This document shows positions 15,056 to 24,971 of a stretch of DNA of 64,000 bases, piece after piece (the first letter of the stretch is position 1; each line of letters opens with the position of its first letter). A program made the position numbers and the translations under genes. The notes beneath the pieces were generated by a model that was given only the letters and a program-made list of their open reading frames with translations, did not search any database and was not told the DNA's origin. Source of the stretch: an uncultured bacterium (GTDB lineage: Bacteria; Abyssobacteria; SURF-5); contig CAYVQZ010000022.1 of assembly GCA_964453435.1 (NCBI GenBank), positions 4,782 to 68,781 of the forward strand. The letters run 5' to 3'.

Positions 15056-16249
15056 TCAACCGGCTCGACCTCTCTTTATCCGTTTCCAAACAGGACTGAA
15101 ATCCCCCTTAAAATACCTGATGGGGCCGGCGGCGAGGGAGAGCGCAATCAGAACCATGCCGGGCAGCGCCCCGAATATGTCCAGAAGGAATCGTCCGGGA
15201 CTTCGGACGAGCGGGGCAAGAAATGCGGTTCCAATAATATAGGAGACGGCCGTCGCCGTTCCCATTGTCGCCAGGAGCGGAACCAGCGCCTGCCGATCGA
15301 AAGCCGACCCGTACAACGCGGCGGCCGCGAAGGAAATTATAAGCAGGTAAACCCGGAGAATACGAAATAAAGCATACTCGGGAAGGATGACAAGGCCATA
15401 CCACCCGTAGCGCGGGTTGAAGAGCAATCGCCAATGGCGCATCAGCGACTGAGCCATGGCGCCCGCGTTGCGCTGTTTCTGGCGGGCGAAATCTTCAAGA
15501 GACTCCGCAGCCTGATATGTCGCCGACACTTCGGGCTCGAAGGCCGCTCGATAGCCCCGCTCGCGGAGTGAAATTCCGAATTCACGGTCCTCGTATATAA
15601 CTTCTGTCGAGAAATCACCGACAGCGGCGTGACGGACGACCGACAATTGGCCGAACAACCCGCCTGCGCTGTCCAAAAGACTTTCACCCAATTTCTGGGC
15701 GTTCTGGATATCGAAAAGAAATTGAGCGGTCCGGGTCAGATAATTCGCATCGCGATTGCGAACGGAAATGCTCCCCGACACAGCGCCAACCCGCGAGTCT
15801 CCGGCCCGGGCGACAAGCCTCCGAAGACATTGCGGGGACATGAGAACAGTCGTATCGGTGAGAACGATGAGTTCGGTCGTCGCTTCGGCGAACGCCATTT
15901 TCTGGGCGTATATCTTGCCCCGACGCCGATTTGAGCGTATCAGCCTGACCGTTCCCTTATCAAACCGCCGAACAATCTCCGGAGTTCGGTCAGTGGAGCC
16001 GTCATCGACAACGATTACGTTCAGAAGCTCGTGCGGGAAATCGGACTCGAAAAGGTTTTCCAGTTTTCTGCGGATATGATGCTCCTCATTGTAAGCGGGA
16101 ATGACGACTGTTATGGGGACGGTTTGGTCGGGAGCCGGCCGAAGCGGACGCAGCGACCATGCGGCCAGCATCAGAAGGTTGTAGACCATATACTGCCCCA
16201 GGGCGAGTCCACCGGTTGCAAGAGCGACTATAAAAAGAATTGACTCCAT
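15056..16249 (-). CDS. Multi-TM family-2 glycosyltransferase of the processive (NodC/PgaC/HpnI/ceramide-glucosyltransferase-like) architecture
   Basis: 397 aa. An N-terminal TM helix is followed by VVIPAYNEE, VVDDGSTDRT, LTDTT, YEDRE and QKQRNAGA (in place of QxxRW), then C-terminal TM helices. The stop lies 1 nt before the radical SAM gene start. Confidence 0.8.
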   Translation of the reverse strand: MESILFIVALATGGLALGQYMVYNLLMLAAWSLRPLRPAPDQTVPITVVIPAYNEEHHIRRKLENLFESDFPHELLNVIVVDDGSTDRTPEIVRRFDKGTVRLIRSNRRRGKIYAQKMAFAEATTELIVLTDTTVLMSPQCLRRLVARAGDSRVGAVSGSISVRNRDANYLTRTAQFLFDIQNAQKLGESLLDSAGGLFGQLSVVRHAAVGDFSTEVIYEDREFGISLRERGYRAAFEPEVSATYQAAESLEDFARQKQRNAGAMAQSLMRHWRLLFNPRYGWYGLVILPEYALFRILRVYLLIISFAAAALYGSAFDRQALVPLLATMGTATAVSYIIGTAFLAPLVRSPGRFLLDIFGALPGMVLIALSLAAGPIRYFKGDFSPVWKRIKRGRAG

Positions 16250-16258
16250 TATGTGCTG

Positions 16259-18850
16259 TCACTCCCGGGTCTCGCGCGCCGGCTCGCGCAACACGCGCAA
16301 GCGAAGCCGGTAATCGCCGAAGAAATTCCAATTGGAAGACAAGCTTATATCGAGAGCGAACTTATCGGCGTCTCGCAGGATTCCGTCGACCGAGCCTTCG
16401 ATTACCTGAAGCGTATAGCTCTTTTCTCCGACCGACACAAGCAACTCATTGTTGTCGAGAGCAGACGCGGCCGTGTATTCGCCCACCAGGTCGATTCGAA
16501 CCTGCCGGGGCCCGAGATCGCCTGCGAGCGTTCTTATGACGAATTCAAGGTCCGCGAACTGGCGTTTGCCCGAATCCATTCCGTTCGCCAGGATTGACAG
16601 GTCAATCGCATGCAGGGGAGTGAGGTATCGGCGCATGGCGCTCCCGTTTCCGGAGTCGAAGGTTTCGACCCGCATCACCTCGAACGCGTCGGCGCCTCCG
16701 ATTTCCGATGGCGGCGGATTCAGCCGATGACGATTAAACAATATCCTCATAATCGGAACCAGTTTCAATATCTGACGGCCCGGATAGACTTCTCTCAACA
16801 TGGTGTAAAGAGCATGGACAAGTCCCCTTTTCCAGCCGTAACAGCCGTCAAAAGCCGGTCGAATCCCGAGTTTCTCGCCGAGCGAGAACTCTGGTCGGTC
16901 CTGGAGGATGCCAACAAAAGACGGATTTGACGCAGACAGTTCCAAGTTCTGATGCGTCGACGGTACGGGGATTAAGAGTTGCGAGTGACGCTCGGCTGTC
17001 CGTTCTTTTTCCGGCGCTTTAAGCGCATCCAGCAGGAACTCGACAAACGAATCGGTGACAAACGTCGGTTCGATGTGAATACTCTCCAGCCCTGTGGGAT
17101 AATCAAAGAACCACGTTTCGGAGAATCCCCCATCCCGCTCCTGAAGCGCGGCAATATTTTCGAACAGTTGCCAGGCGAGATTTTCCCACATTGTCTCGAC
17201 AGTCTTGCCGGCCAGTCTCAAGAACGCACGGGCTGTCAACAGTCCTCCCCAGAGGTCGATTCGAGGGGTAATGGAACTCGCGAGCCCATCGAATGACATG
17301 ACCGCGCTGAACTCGCCGCCACCTGGACGAATCCATTGAAGCGCATAGACGCCCCACTTTCTCGCCTGGCTGATTGCGTCGGAGGCGGCGTCAAGCTCGT
17401 GCCAATCAAGATTCGCATGGATGCACGCCTCGGAGCTTATCCCGTCCGCTTCCGACGGGTCAACATCGCGAAGATACTGCCTGCAGGCAAAAAAACTCGT
17501 GTTTCTGTTCACGAAACGCAAACCGGCTTCGGCGGCGCTCCGATACCTTTGTTTTCTTGTGCGCCGATATGCCGCAACGAGCGCGCGAACGGCTTCGGCG
17601 GTTGCGGCGACGCAGCCGTCCATACGTTTTCCCGGTTTTCCTCGAAACACCGCCGGCCACCAGCCTGCTTCGGTCTGCGTTTCCGTGAGCCAATCGGCTC
17701 CCGAACGCGCAAGAGGGTCGATTTCCTCGTCGCCGGTCAATGAGCAATATTCGAACAGCCGTCGGACAACGGTGGCCATGCCGCCGGGAAATCCGACAAA
17801 TCCGATTCCGTGATGCGTGAAGGGAATGAGGCCGTCGCCATTGAAATATGTCGTGGTGTGCCAAAGTTGTTTTCCGGCCATCTCGTAGCAATACGCCTTG
17901 CTTGAAAGTTTCTCGGACAGTGCCTTCTCTCTTTCCCGCGCCTTGTCGTGCCCCATTTCGGCCAACCGTCGGAATAGCACCAATTTCGTCAAGTCATCGG
18001 TCACATGAGAATGTTTGAATTCCTTTGATTCAAAGCCGGGAATGTTCTTGCGCGGAATGTGAAGATGCGTGCGGTTCCGGTCATCCCACACTCGATTGTA
18101 AAAGCGAAGCGCCGCCCGAAGTTTTTGGTCGAGCCGCCCCGGCGAAAGATTGCTTTCCATGTGTGAGTCGAGCCCCACGTGGTCCATGCAGGCGCACACG
18201 CACTCTTCCCATGTGTCCGCCGCCACAAGCAGGAAGCGGGCGTCGAATGCCTGACGCTCGTCCAGTCGCAGCGTGTATCCGTGTCGTTTTGCCCCAGTTC
18301 CAAACCACCCGAACGGCTTGCGAATCACTTCAAACTCAGGAAGGAGGGCGGCGGAGAAATCCACGACCGCCTGAGCGCCCGTCGCCTTTATGAAAAGGGG
18401 ACTGAACCCGAGGGGAAACAAAATTGTTTTTGGAAACGCGATGGCAAAGGCCCTGTGTCTCTCCTGCCAGCATGCGACCGGCATTTTCGTGAAGAGCGCG
18501 GCGTCATATCGAGCGCGAGCCCTGATGCGAAACTTGTAATAGGAATTGTACGGGAACGGCAGTTTTCGTTCCGCAATCGAGTGGTCATTCGTCAGATGAT
18601 AGCTTCTGCCTCCGATGAACGCCGCTTCGGGATAGAACTCGCCCAGCCTGAGACCGAGGATTTCGAGCGGAAGCAGGTGGTCCAAGGACTTTTCCACAGT
18701 CCAGCGAACCGTTACGAGGACCGCGCCTTCGCGAGCCGAAACTTCGGTGTTTTGTCGGACCCCCTCGGGCGGCTTTGTTCTCAAATTCCCCACGAACGCT
18801 TCATTGAGGATAATCTCTCCCTTTCGGATTTCAATCTGATGCAAAGCCAT
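16259..18850 (-). CDS. Large cytoplasmic protein of unknown function (possible alpha/alpha-toroid repeats)
   Basis: 863 aa with an ATG start, no signal peptide and no family I recognise. Segments WLTETQTEAGWWPAVF...DGCVAATAEAVRALVAAY and IAALQERDGGFSETW resemble prenyltransferase/terpene-cyclase-type toroid repeats. The gene is tightly coupled to both neighbours. Confidence 0.6.
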   Translation of the reverse strand: MALHQIEIRKGEIILNEAFVGNLRTKPPEGVRQNTEVSAREGAVLVTVRWTVEKSLDHLLPLEILGLRLGEFYPEAAFIGGRSYHLTNDHSIAERKLPFPYNSYYKFRIRARARYDAALFTKMPVACWQERHRAFAIAFPKTILFPLGFSPLFIKATGAQAVVDFSAALLPEFEVIRKPFGWFGTGAKRHGYTLRLDERQAFDARFLLVAADTWEECVCACMDHVGLDSHMESNLSPGRLDQKLRAALRFYNRVWDDRNRTHLHIPRKNIPGFESKEFKHSHVTDDLTKLVLFRRLAEMGHDKAREREKALSEKLSSKAYCYEMAGKQLWHTTTYFNGDGLIPFTHHGIGFVGFPGGMATVVRRLFEYCSLTGDEEIDPLARSGADWLTETQTEAGWWPAVFRGKPGKRMDGCVAATAEAVRALVAAYRRTRKQRYRSAAEAGLRFVNRNTSFFACRQYLRDVDPSEADGISSEACIHANLDWHELDAASDAISQARKWGVYALQWIRPGGGEFSAVMSFDGLASSITPRIDLWGGLLTARAFLRLAGKTVETMWENLAWQLFENIAALQERDGGFSETWFFDYPTGLESIHIEPTFVTDSFVEFLLDALKAPEKERTAERHSQLLIPVPSTHQNLELSASNPSFVGILQDRPEFSLGEKLGIRPAFDGCYGWKRGLVHALYTMLREVYPGRQILKLVPIMRILFNRHRLNPPPSEIGGADAFEVMRVETFDSGNGSAMRRYLTPLHAIDLSILANGMDSGKRQFADLEFVIRTLAGDLGPRQVRIDLVGEYTAASALDNNELLVSVGEKSYTLQVIEGSVDGILRDADKFALDISLSSNWNFFGDYRLRLRVLREPARETRE

Positions 18851-19745
18851 TTCGTTTCCTTGTCAGCCAAAAAGCCGCTCCCATCAGGGCAGGTATCCCC
18901 AAGCCTAGTATGTCATACATCAGGCTTATCATAAGGGACTGTTCATAGCTTGCGCCAACCGGCGGCCGTTGCAACAGTATTATCATAGCTGCTTCTCTTA
19001 TGCCAAATCCGGAGAAACTGATCGGGAGCATTGATGACAGCAGCGCGGGCGGAACAACCAGCGTAATGTGCGACACGTGCGCTTCAAGCCGAACAGCCTT
19101 GCAGAAACACCACACTTCCAAAAAGACCACGCCCCAATAGCAGGCGGTTGCAACAGCCGCGCCGAAAAGCCGGTTCGGAGAGACGGCGCGCCAGAAGTCA
19201 GGCAGGGAGACCCCCCGCGCATTTGCCCACAGAAGACCGGCCGCCATTGCGCCGGCGAGTGACACCGCCATGAGCGCAATGGCGAGCGTCCACCCCGCAT
19301 TCCAGTCCATCCGGAAATCGGACCTGAAAAACACATACAGCCCAAGTGCGGCAAGCGGCCCGAGAAACATCAGGTCCAGAACCCTTTCGGCAACGAAACA
19401 TATGAGTCCTCGCGTTGCCGGAACACCCGATTCCGCCTTCAACATGTAAATTTTGGTTATCTCTCCGATTTTTGCCGGAGAGAGGATTCCGGGCAGAAAG
19501 GAAATCATCTGAATTCTCAGGGTTTCCCGGAGCTTCCGGAACGCCGATTCTCCGAAGACCATCAGGGCCAACCGGTAAGCTCGCATCACCTGACCAACCA
19601 CGATCAACACGACGGACGCGGCGAGAAACGTGTAGCGGATGTCTCCGAGGCGGGGGATATCTTTGTCGAAATCCGCCTTTTGAATGATAAAGAGGAGGAT
19701 AGTAAGCGAGACGAGTATCTTCAGAGCGGTTGAGAATTTTCTCAA
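18831..19745 (-). CDS. UPF0104 / lysylphosphatidylglycerol-synthase-TM-region (flippase-like) membrane protein
   Basis: From ORF 18831..19892, polytopic. Contains MRAYRLALMVFGES...ISFLPGILSPAKIGEITKIYML. The ORF's 5' extension overlaps the upstream GT2, so the likely start is TTG 19745 (GGGAGG 4 nt upstream) or TTG 19757. The 3' end overlaps the next gene by 20 nt. Confidence 0.6.
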   Translation of the reverse strand: MRKFSTALKILVSLTILLFIIQKADFDKDIPRLGDIRYTFLAASVVLIVVGQVMRAYRLALMVFGESAFRKLRETLRIQMISFLPGILSPAKIGEITKIYMLKAESGVPATRGLICFVAERVLDLMFLGPLAALGLYVFFRSDFRMDWNAGWTLAIALMAVSLAGAMAAGLLWANARGVSLPDFWRAVSPNRLFGAAVATACYWGVVFLEVWCFCKAVRLEAHVSHITLVVPPALLSSMLPISFSGFGIREAAMIILLQRPPVGASYEQSLMISLMYDILGLGIPALMGAAFWLTRKRNGFASD

Positions 19746-19759
19746 TAAGCCTCCCAACG

Positions 19760-20623
19760 TTAAGGAGAACGCTTGTCTATCAGGTCGGCCAGCAATCCGA
19801 TGACCGCCACCTGAACCGCCAACGACACAAGGATGATAACCGTGACGTCCATGACCCGGCCCAGAAAGAATGCGCTGTACAGCAAAATCCACATTCCGAG
19901 CAAAAAAAGGGCAACGCTGATTGGTATGAATATCTTCAGGGGATTGAAATACATCACTGTGCGAATAATAGTCATTAAGAATCCGAGAGTGTCGGAAAAT
20001 GGCCGTATCTTGCTCTTCCCCGTCCGCGGATGATAATCAATAGACTGGAAATGAACCCGATAGTCATTGCTCAGCATGGCAAGCGTTATGGTCATTGTGA
20101 AGGAAAAGCCCTGCGGCAGGATATTCAGGAAGCGCTGAACCGCTTGCTTCCGCATCACCCGCATTCCGGAGTTGAGGTCTGGTATCTTCGTCGAAGCAAG
20201 ATAGTTGGCGAGCGCGGTGAGCGCCCATTTGGCCGGTCGCCGAAAGAGCGGCATGGCGACATTGTCGCCCGTCCGCGCTCCCACAACCATGTCGGAATAC
20301 TCCATTGCCCGAACCAGGCCCGGCAGCGACTGCGGAGGATACGTGCCATCTGCGTCGGTTATGGCGATCAGTTCGTGGTGCGCAACCTTCAGACCTTGCT
20401 TTATCGCTGCGCCGTATCCCCTGTTTATGCCGAGGTCTATGACGCGAGTATGGCGATATTGTTCCGCCACCCGGGAGGTTTGGTCGGTGGAGCCGTCGTT
20501 GACCACGATGATCTCGTATTGCGCCCCCTCCGCTTCCATCGCGGAGATGATTCCTTCCAGGACGGAGCCGATGCTTTGCTCCTCGTTATGTGCCGGAATG
20601 ATAATCGAGACGGGTTCAGACAA
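19760..20623 (-). CDS. Polyprenyl-phosphate glycosyltransferase-like GT2 (GtrB/ArnC/DPM family) with C-terminal TM helices
   Basis: 287 aa with a TTG start and GAGGAGG SD. Contains IIIPAHNEE, VVNDGSTDQT, GINRGYGAAIKQG and ITDADGTYP, plus two C-terminal hydrophobic helices. Confidence 0.8.
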   Translation of the reverse strand: MSEPVSIIIPAHNEEQSIGSVLEGIISAMEAEGAQYEIIVVNDGSTDQTSRVAEQYRHTRVIDLGINRGYGAAIKQGLKVAHHELIAITDADGTYPPQSLPGLVRAMEYSDMVVGARTGDNVAMPLFRRPAKWALTALANYLASTKIPDLNSGMRVMRKQAVQRFLNILPQGFSFTMTITLAMLSNDYRVHFQSIDYHPRTGKSKIRPFSDTLGFLMTIIRTVMYFNPLKIFIPISVALFLLGMWILLYSAFFLGRVMDVTVIILVSLAVQVAVIGLLADLIDKRSP

Positions 20624-20701
20624 TCCGATTTCCTCCTCGGCGCCACTTTCGGGTGTGGCCCGATTTTGTGCTTTTGACAGGAGGCGACTCGCCGACGCCT
20701 C

Positions 20702-21577
20702 TCACGTTGAGAGAGCGCCCCACGCTTCAGGCAGACAATCCACGAGGTCGCCGGCAATCGTTCCCCACGATGTAAACCGCTCGGCGGCAAAATCGCCGGC
20801 CAGCCCATGCAGGAAGGTTCCGAGCGCCGCCGCGTTCGGCGCGGTGAGTCCCTGACACAGGAGGGCGGCAAGAATTCCGGTCAGCACATCGCCGCTTCCG
20901 GCGGTTGACATGCCCGAATTGCCGGTTGTATTCAGAAGCAAGCGGTTATCGCTCGTCGCGACGAGTGAGGGAGCTCCCTTGAGAATGAGTTCCACCTTCC
21001 ACTTTGCGGCGTATTCCCGAGCGATTCGCTCTCTATTTCTTTGTATATCGAAAACCGGCATCCCGGTCAAGCGCGCCATTTCCCCCGGATGCGGAGAGAT
21101 AATCGTGGGCTTCGTGCGGGAACTGAGGAGTTCGAGGTGGCCGGGCAATGCATTCAATCCGTCTGCATCTATAACCATTGGCAGGTCGACCTTCTCGATG
21201 AGCGAGCGCATGAGCAGTTGCGTTTCCGGGTGGGTGGACATTCCCGGCCCGAGCGCCATCGCATGCATCCGTTCTGACAATTTCATAATTTCATCGAATG
21301 CGGGAAGGCTCAGTGTTTGGTCTTCCGTTTCGGGCAAGGGACGGGTCATCGTCTCGGTCAGGCGGGCCTCCATTGCAATGTTGAGAGACCGGGGCAGTCC
21401 CAGGGTGACCATGCCCACACCCGCTCGCAAGGCCGATTCGCATGTCAGACAGGCCGCGCCCGTCAGTCCCGCAGAACCCGCTATGACAAGCAAATAACCG
21501 TATGTTCCCTTGTGTGAATCCTGCGGGCGCGGGGGAACCAGTGACCGAGCAAGATCGGGGGTGATGGACTGCGTCAT
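20702..21577 (-). CDS. nnrD: ADP-dependent NAD(P)H-hydrate dehydratase (YjeF C-terminal type)
   Basis: 291 aa containing [23 protein letters not shown] and GSGDVLTG. The ATGA start overlaps the pdxJ stop. Confidence 0.8.
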   Translation of the reverse strand: MTQSITPDLARSLVPPRPQDSHKGTYGYLLVIAGSAGLTGAACLTCESALRAGVGMVTLGLPRSLNIAMEARLTETMTRPLPETEDQTLSLPAFDEIMKLSERMHAMALGPGMSTHPETQLLMRSLIEKVDLPMVIDADGLNALPGHLELLSSRTKPTIISPHPGEMARLTGMPVFDIQRNRERIAREYAAKWKVELILKGAPSLVATSDNRLLLNTTGNSGMSTAGSGDVLTGILAALLCQGLTAPNAAALGTFLHGLAGDFAAERFTSWGTIAGDLVDCLPEAWGALST

Positions 21578-22287
21578 TTCAGAAGTTCGAGCATCTCCCG
21601 AACGGCGCGGTCCAGTCCGACAAGGACGGCCCGCGCGACTATATTGTGCCCGATGTTAACCTCATGAAGTTTCGGGATCGATTTGATGGGAATCACATTT
21701 TGATATGTCAATCCGTGACCGGCATGGACTCTGAGCCCCAGCGCGACAGCCTGGCGCCCGCCCTGAATCAGCCTTTCGAGTTCCATCGTCCGGGAATCTT
21801 CGGTCCTGCAATTTGCATACGAGCCGGTGTGGAGCTCGATTGCATCCGCTCCCACCTTCTTTGAAGTCTCGATCTGGCCGGGGTCGGCTTCGATGAAAAG
21901 ACTGACCGGAATATCGATGGCCTTGAGCCGCTTGACGACATCCGCAATTTGGTCGGTATTCGCGGCTATGTCGAGCCCCCCTTCGGTGGTCAGTTCCTCT
22001 CTCTTTTCGGGGACGAGTGTGACCTGGTCTGGCTTCACCTCGCGTGCGATGCCGACCATTTCCTCTGTCGCCGCCATCTCGAGGTTAAGTTTTGTTTTCA
22101 CGACTTTTCGCAGCAGCTCCAAGTCCCTGTCCTGTATGTGCCGCCTGTCGCCACGCAGGTGAACGGTTATCCCATGAGCTCCGGCCAATTCGCAAAGAAC
22201 GGCTGCGGCGACAGGGTCCGGCTCAATGTCTTTTCTGGCTTGCCGGACGGTGGCCACATGGTCGATGTTGACACCCAGATGTATCAT
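21574..22287 (-). CDS. pdxJ: Pyridoxine 5'-phosphate synthase
   Basis: 237 aa containing [20 protein letters not shown] and VHAGHGL. Confidence 0.9.
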   Translation of the reverse strand: MIHLGVNIDHVATVRQARKDIEPDPVAAAVLCELAGAHGITVHLRGDRRHIQDRDLELLRKVVKTKLNLEMAATEEMVGIAREVKPDQVTLVPEKREELTTEGGLDIAANTDQIADVVKRLKAIDIPVSLFIEADPGQIETSKKVGADAIELHTGSYANCRTEDSRTMELERLIQGGRQAVALGLRVHAGHGLTYQNVIPIKSIPKLHEVNIGHNIVARAVLVGLDRAVREMLELLK

Positions 22288-22388
22288 ATCGCTGTTTTCC
22301 TCATTTGATTCGACTGTCGATTTTCGATTCCGCCGACGCTCCTCGTTGGAAGCCGCCCTTGTTTCGGACGACTCTCAATTGTGCAAAT

Positions 22389-23738
22389 TCATCCCAACTC
22401 TTGGTGAATGATTTCAGCAATCGATTGCGCGAATTCCGTTATTTGCTTTTCATCCTCCCCTTCCAGCATGACCCGCGCCACGGGTTCCGTGCCGGAATAT
22501 CTCACCAATATCCTCCCGGCATCGCCGAGCTCGTGTTCCACCAACCCTATCTGTTGCTTCACGCGGGCGACATTTTCCAGAGGCTCTTTTCGGTGTACAC
22601 GCACGTTTATGAGCGCCTGCGGGAACCGCGTCATGCACGCCGCCAGTTCTTTCAGGGTTTTTCCCGTTTTCCGCATGATGGCCAGCACTTGCAGGGCGGT
22701 AATCAGGCCGTCGCCCGTCGTATTGTAGTCGAGGAACACAATGTGTCCGGATTGCTCGCCGCCCACCGTGTACTTGCCGCGGACCATTTCTTCCACGACG
22801 TACCGGTCTCCCACTTGTGTCTGGACCACGCGACCTCCCGCCTTTTTCATTGCCTGGCTCAGGCCGAGATTGCTCATGACGGTTGTCACAAGGGTGTTCC
22901 GGGCCAATCGTTGCTCCTTCATTATGTCGAGAGCGCAAATGGCCATTATCTGGTCGCCGTCGATGTAGGTTCCATCGGCGTCGGCCATGACCACTCTGTC
23001 CGCATCGCCGTCGAAAGCCATGCCGACATCGGCCTTCCGGGCTTTCATCTCCGAGCACATTTGCTCGGGGTGGACCGCTCCGCAATCCCTGTTGATGTTC
23101 ATGCCGTCGGGGTCGATGTTGAGAGGAATAATTTCGGCCCCCAGTTCGGACAGGACACTCGGCGCCGCCTTGTACGTTGCGCCGTTCGCGCAATCCACCA
23201 CAATGCGCAAGCCGTCGAACGTCATTCGCTTCGGTATGGTAGTTTTGACGAACTCGATGTAGCGCCCGACGGCATCGTCTATTCGGAACGCTTTTCCGAC
23301 CTTGTGAGCCGTTGGCCGTATGTGGTCGATCTTGCCGGATGCGATGAGGTCCTCCATTTTCTCCTCGATTTCGTCCGGCAATTTGAATCCCTCGCGCGAG
23401 AAGAATTTTATTCCGTTATCTTCGTACGGGTTGTGTGATGCCGAGATGACAATCCCGGCATCGGCTCGAAGGCTCCGCGTAATGAGCGCGACCGCCGGCG
23501 TTGGCATCGGCCCGACCAGCAGAACGTCCACGCCCATGGAACAGATGCCGGCAACGAGCGCGGCCTCTATCATGTAGCCGGAGAGCCGGGTGTCTTTTCC
23601 GATGAGAACGCGATGCCGCCTGTCGTTTTGCATGAAGATGTGTCCCGCCGCCCGTCCCAGCTTCAAAGCGGTCTCGCAGGTCATCGGTTCGACGTTCGCG
23701 ACTCCCCGAATCCCATCGGTTCCAAACAGTTTCCGCAT
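22389..23738 (-). CDS. glmM: Phosphoglucosamine mutase
   Basis: 449 aa containing [23 protein letters not shown] and GEQSGH. Confidence 0.9.
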   Translation of the reverse strand: MRKLFGTDGIRGVANVEPMTCETALKLGRAAGHIFMQNDRRHRVLIGKDTRLSGYMIEAALVAGICSMGVDVLLVGPMPTPAVALITRSLRADAGIVISASHNPYEDNGIKFFSREGFKLPDEIEEKMEDLIASGKIDHIRPTAHKVGKAFRIDDAVGRYIEFVKTTIPKRMTFDGLRIVVDCANGATYKAAPSVLSELGAEIIPLNIDPDGMNINRDCGAVHPEQMCSEMKARKADVGMAFDGDADRVVMADADGTYIDGDQIMAICALDIMKEQRLARNTLVTTVMSNLGLSQAMKKAGGRVVQTQVGDRYVVEEMVRGKYTVGGEQSGHIVFLDYNTTGDGLITALQVLAIMRKTGKTLKELAACMTRFPQALINVRVHRKEPLENVARVKQQIGLVEHELGDAGRILVRYSGTEPVARVMLEGEDEKQITEFAQSIAEIIHQELG

Positions 23739-23771
23739 GCTGTTCTCCCCTGACGACTGATTACATCTTCC

Positions 23772-24971
23772 TTACCATCTTTTTCCCATAATTGCATCTG
23801 TCATTTTGGCGACGCGCGCCATTTCCTTCACGTCGTGCACCCGGACGATGTGCGCGCCGTTGGCAATCGCGACGGAAACCGCCGCCGCCGTGCCTTCGAT
23901 CCGGTCGTAGACTTCGGCGTCGAGCACCTTTCCGATGCTGGACTTGCGCGACGGGCCGACAAGGAGGGGTTTGCCGAGCGCTCTCAGCCGAGAGAGTTCG
24001 CGAAGTATTTCCAGATTATGCTCAACCGTCTTGCCGAACCCGATTCCGGGATCGATAATCACCTGGTTCTCACTGATGCCGCTCCGGACGACGAAATCGA
24101 TCCGCTTCTGAAGGAACGACAAGATTTCGGGTATCAACGCATCATAGGAGGGATTTTCCTGCATTCGTTTCGGTGTGCCTTGCATATGCATGATTATGAG
24201 CGGACATCCGCTCTCCCTGACGACCTCCGCCATTTTTTCGTCGGACTGCAGCCCGCTGATATCATTCACCATTTGGGCCCCGGCCTCGAGTGCGCGTCGC
24301 GCGATTTCGGCCTTGCAGGTATCAATCGAAAGTGGGATGGTGAGATTCTTCGCAAGATGTTCAACCACCGGTATTACTCGTTTTGCCTCTTCCTCGAGGG
24401 GTACCGTCTCGGCGCCGGGACGAGTGGATTCTCCGCCAATGTCAATTACGTCCGCGCCCTCTTGCGCCATCTTTTCACCGTGCGCGATGGCCGCGTCAAA
24501 ATCGAGGAACCGGCCCCCGTCGGAAAACGAGTCGGGGGTCACATTGAGAATTCCCATTATCTTCGTGCGGTCCCCGAGCGTCAGGGGTCCCTTCGGCATG
24601 TCTAGCGTGAACCGTTCCGTTGAATAACGCTGGACGGCTATCCCGAAATCTCTGCAATCGAGGACCGGTTCGCTCTCGACTGAAGCCGGCCGTTCTTCAC
24701 AAAGTTCCTTTGGGGACCCGATATACACGCAGAAGTCGACCTTGCCCGCTTTGAACACAGCTACGATTCCTCCGAACGATTGTTGGGCGATCCGTTCGAG
24801 ACGCCGTATCTGCTCCGCAGTGGGGTCTTCGATGGAAAACAGGCCCACTCGTGAATTGTCGAGAATCGACCTGATGGTTGAGTGCGTGTTCGGAGGGAGC
24901 CAAGCGGGAGGTTCGGACACTTCGCCAAGGTAAAGCACGTGACTCCCGGGAAGGCGGTTAAGCAGGCTCAT
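23772..24971 (-). CDS. folP: Dihydropteroate synthase with an unusual N-terminal extension of about 125-140 aa
   Basis: From ORF 23772..25016. The canonical core starts at MPKGPLTLGDRTKIMGILNVTPDSFSDGG (ATG 24599). The frame stays open for 139 further codons upstream, with candidate ATGs at 24971 and 25016 that overlap the ftsH 3' end. Confidence 0.8.
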   Translation of the reverse strand: MSLLNRLPGSHVLYLGEVSEPPAWLPPNTHSTIRSILDNSRVGLFSIEDPTAEQIRRLERIAQQSFGGIVAVFKAGKVDFCVYIGSPKELCEERPASVESEPVLDCRDFGIAVQRYSTERFTLDMPKGPLTLGDRTKIMGILNVTPDSFSDGGRFLDFDAAIAHGEKMAQEGADVIDIGGESTRPGAETVPLEEEAKRVIPVVEHLAKNLTIPLSIDTCKAEIARRALEAGAQMVNDISGLQSDEKMAEVVRESGCPLIIMHMQGTPKRMQENPSYDALIPEILSFLQKRIDFVVRSGISENQVIIDPGIGFGKTVEHNLEILRELSRLRALGKPLLVGPSRKSSIGKVLDAEVYDRIEGTAAAVSVAIANGAHIVRVHDVKEMARVAKMTDAIMGKRW

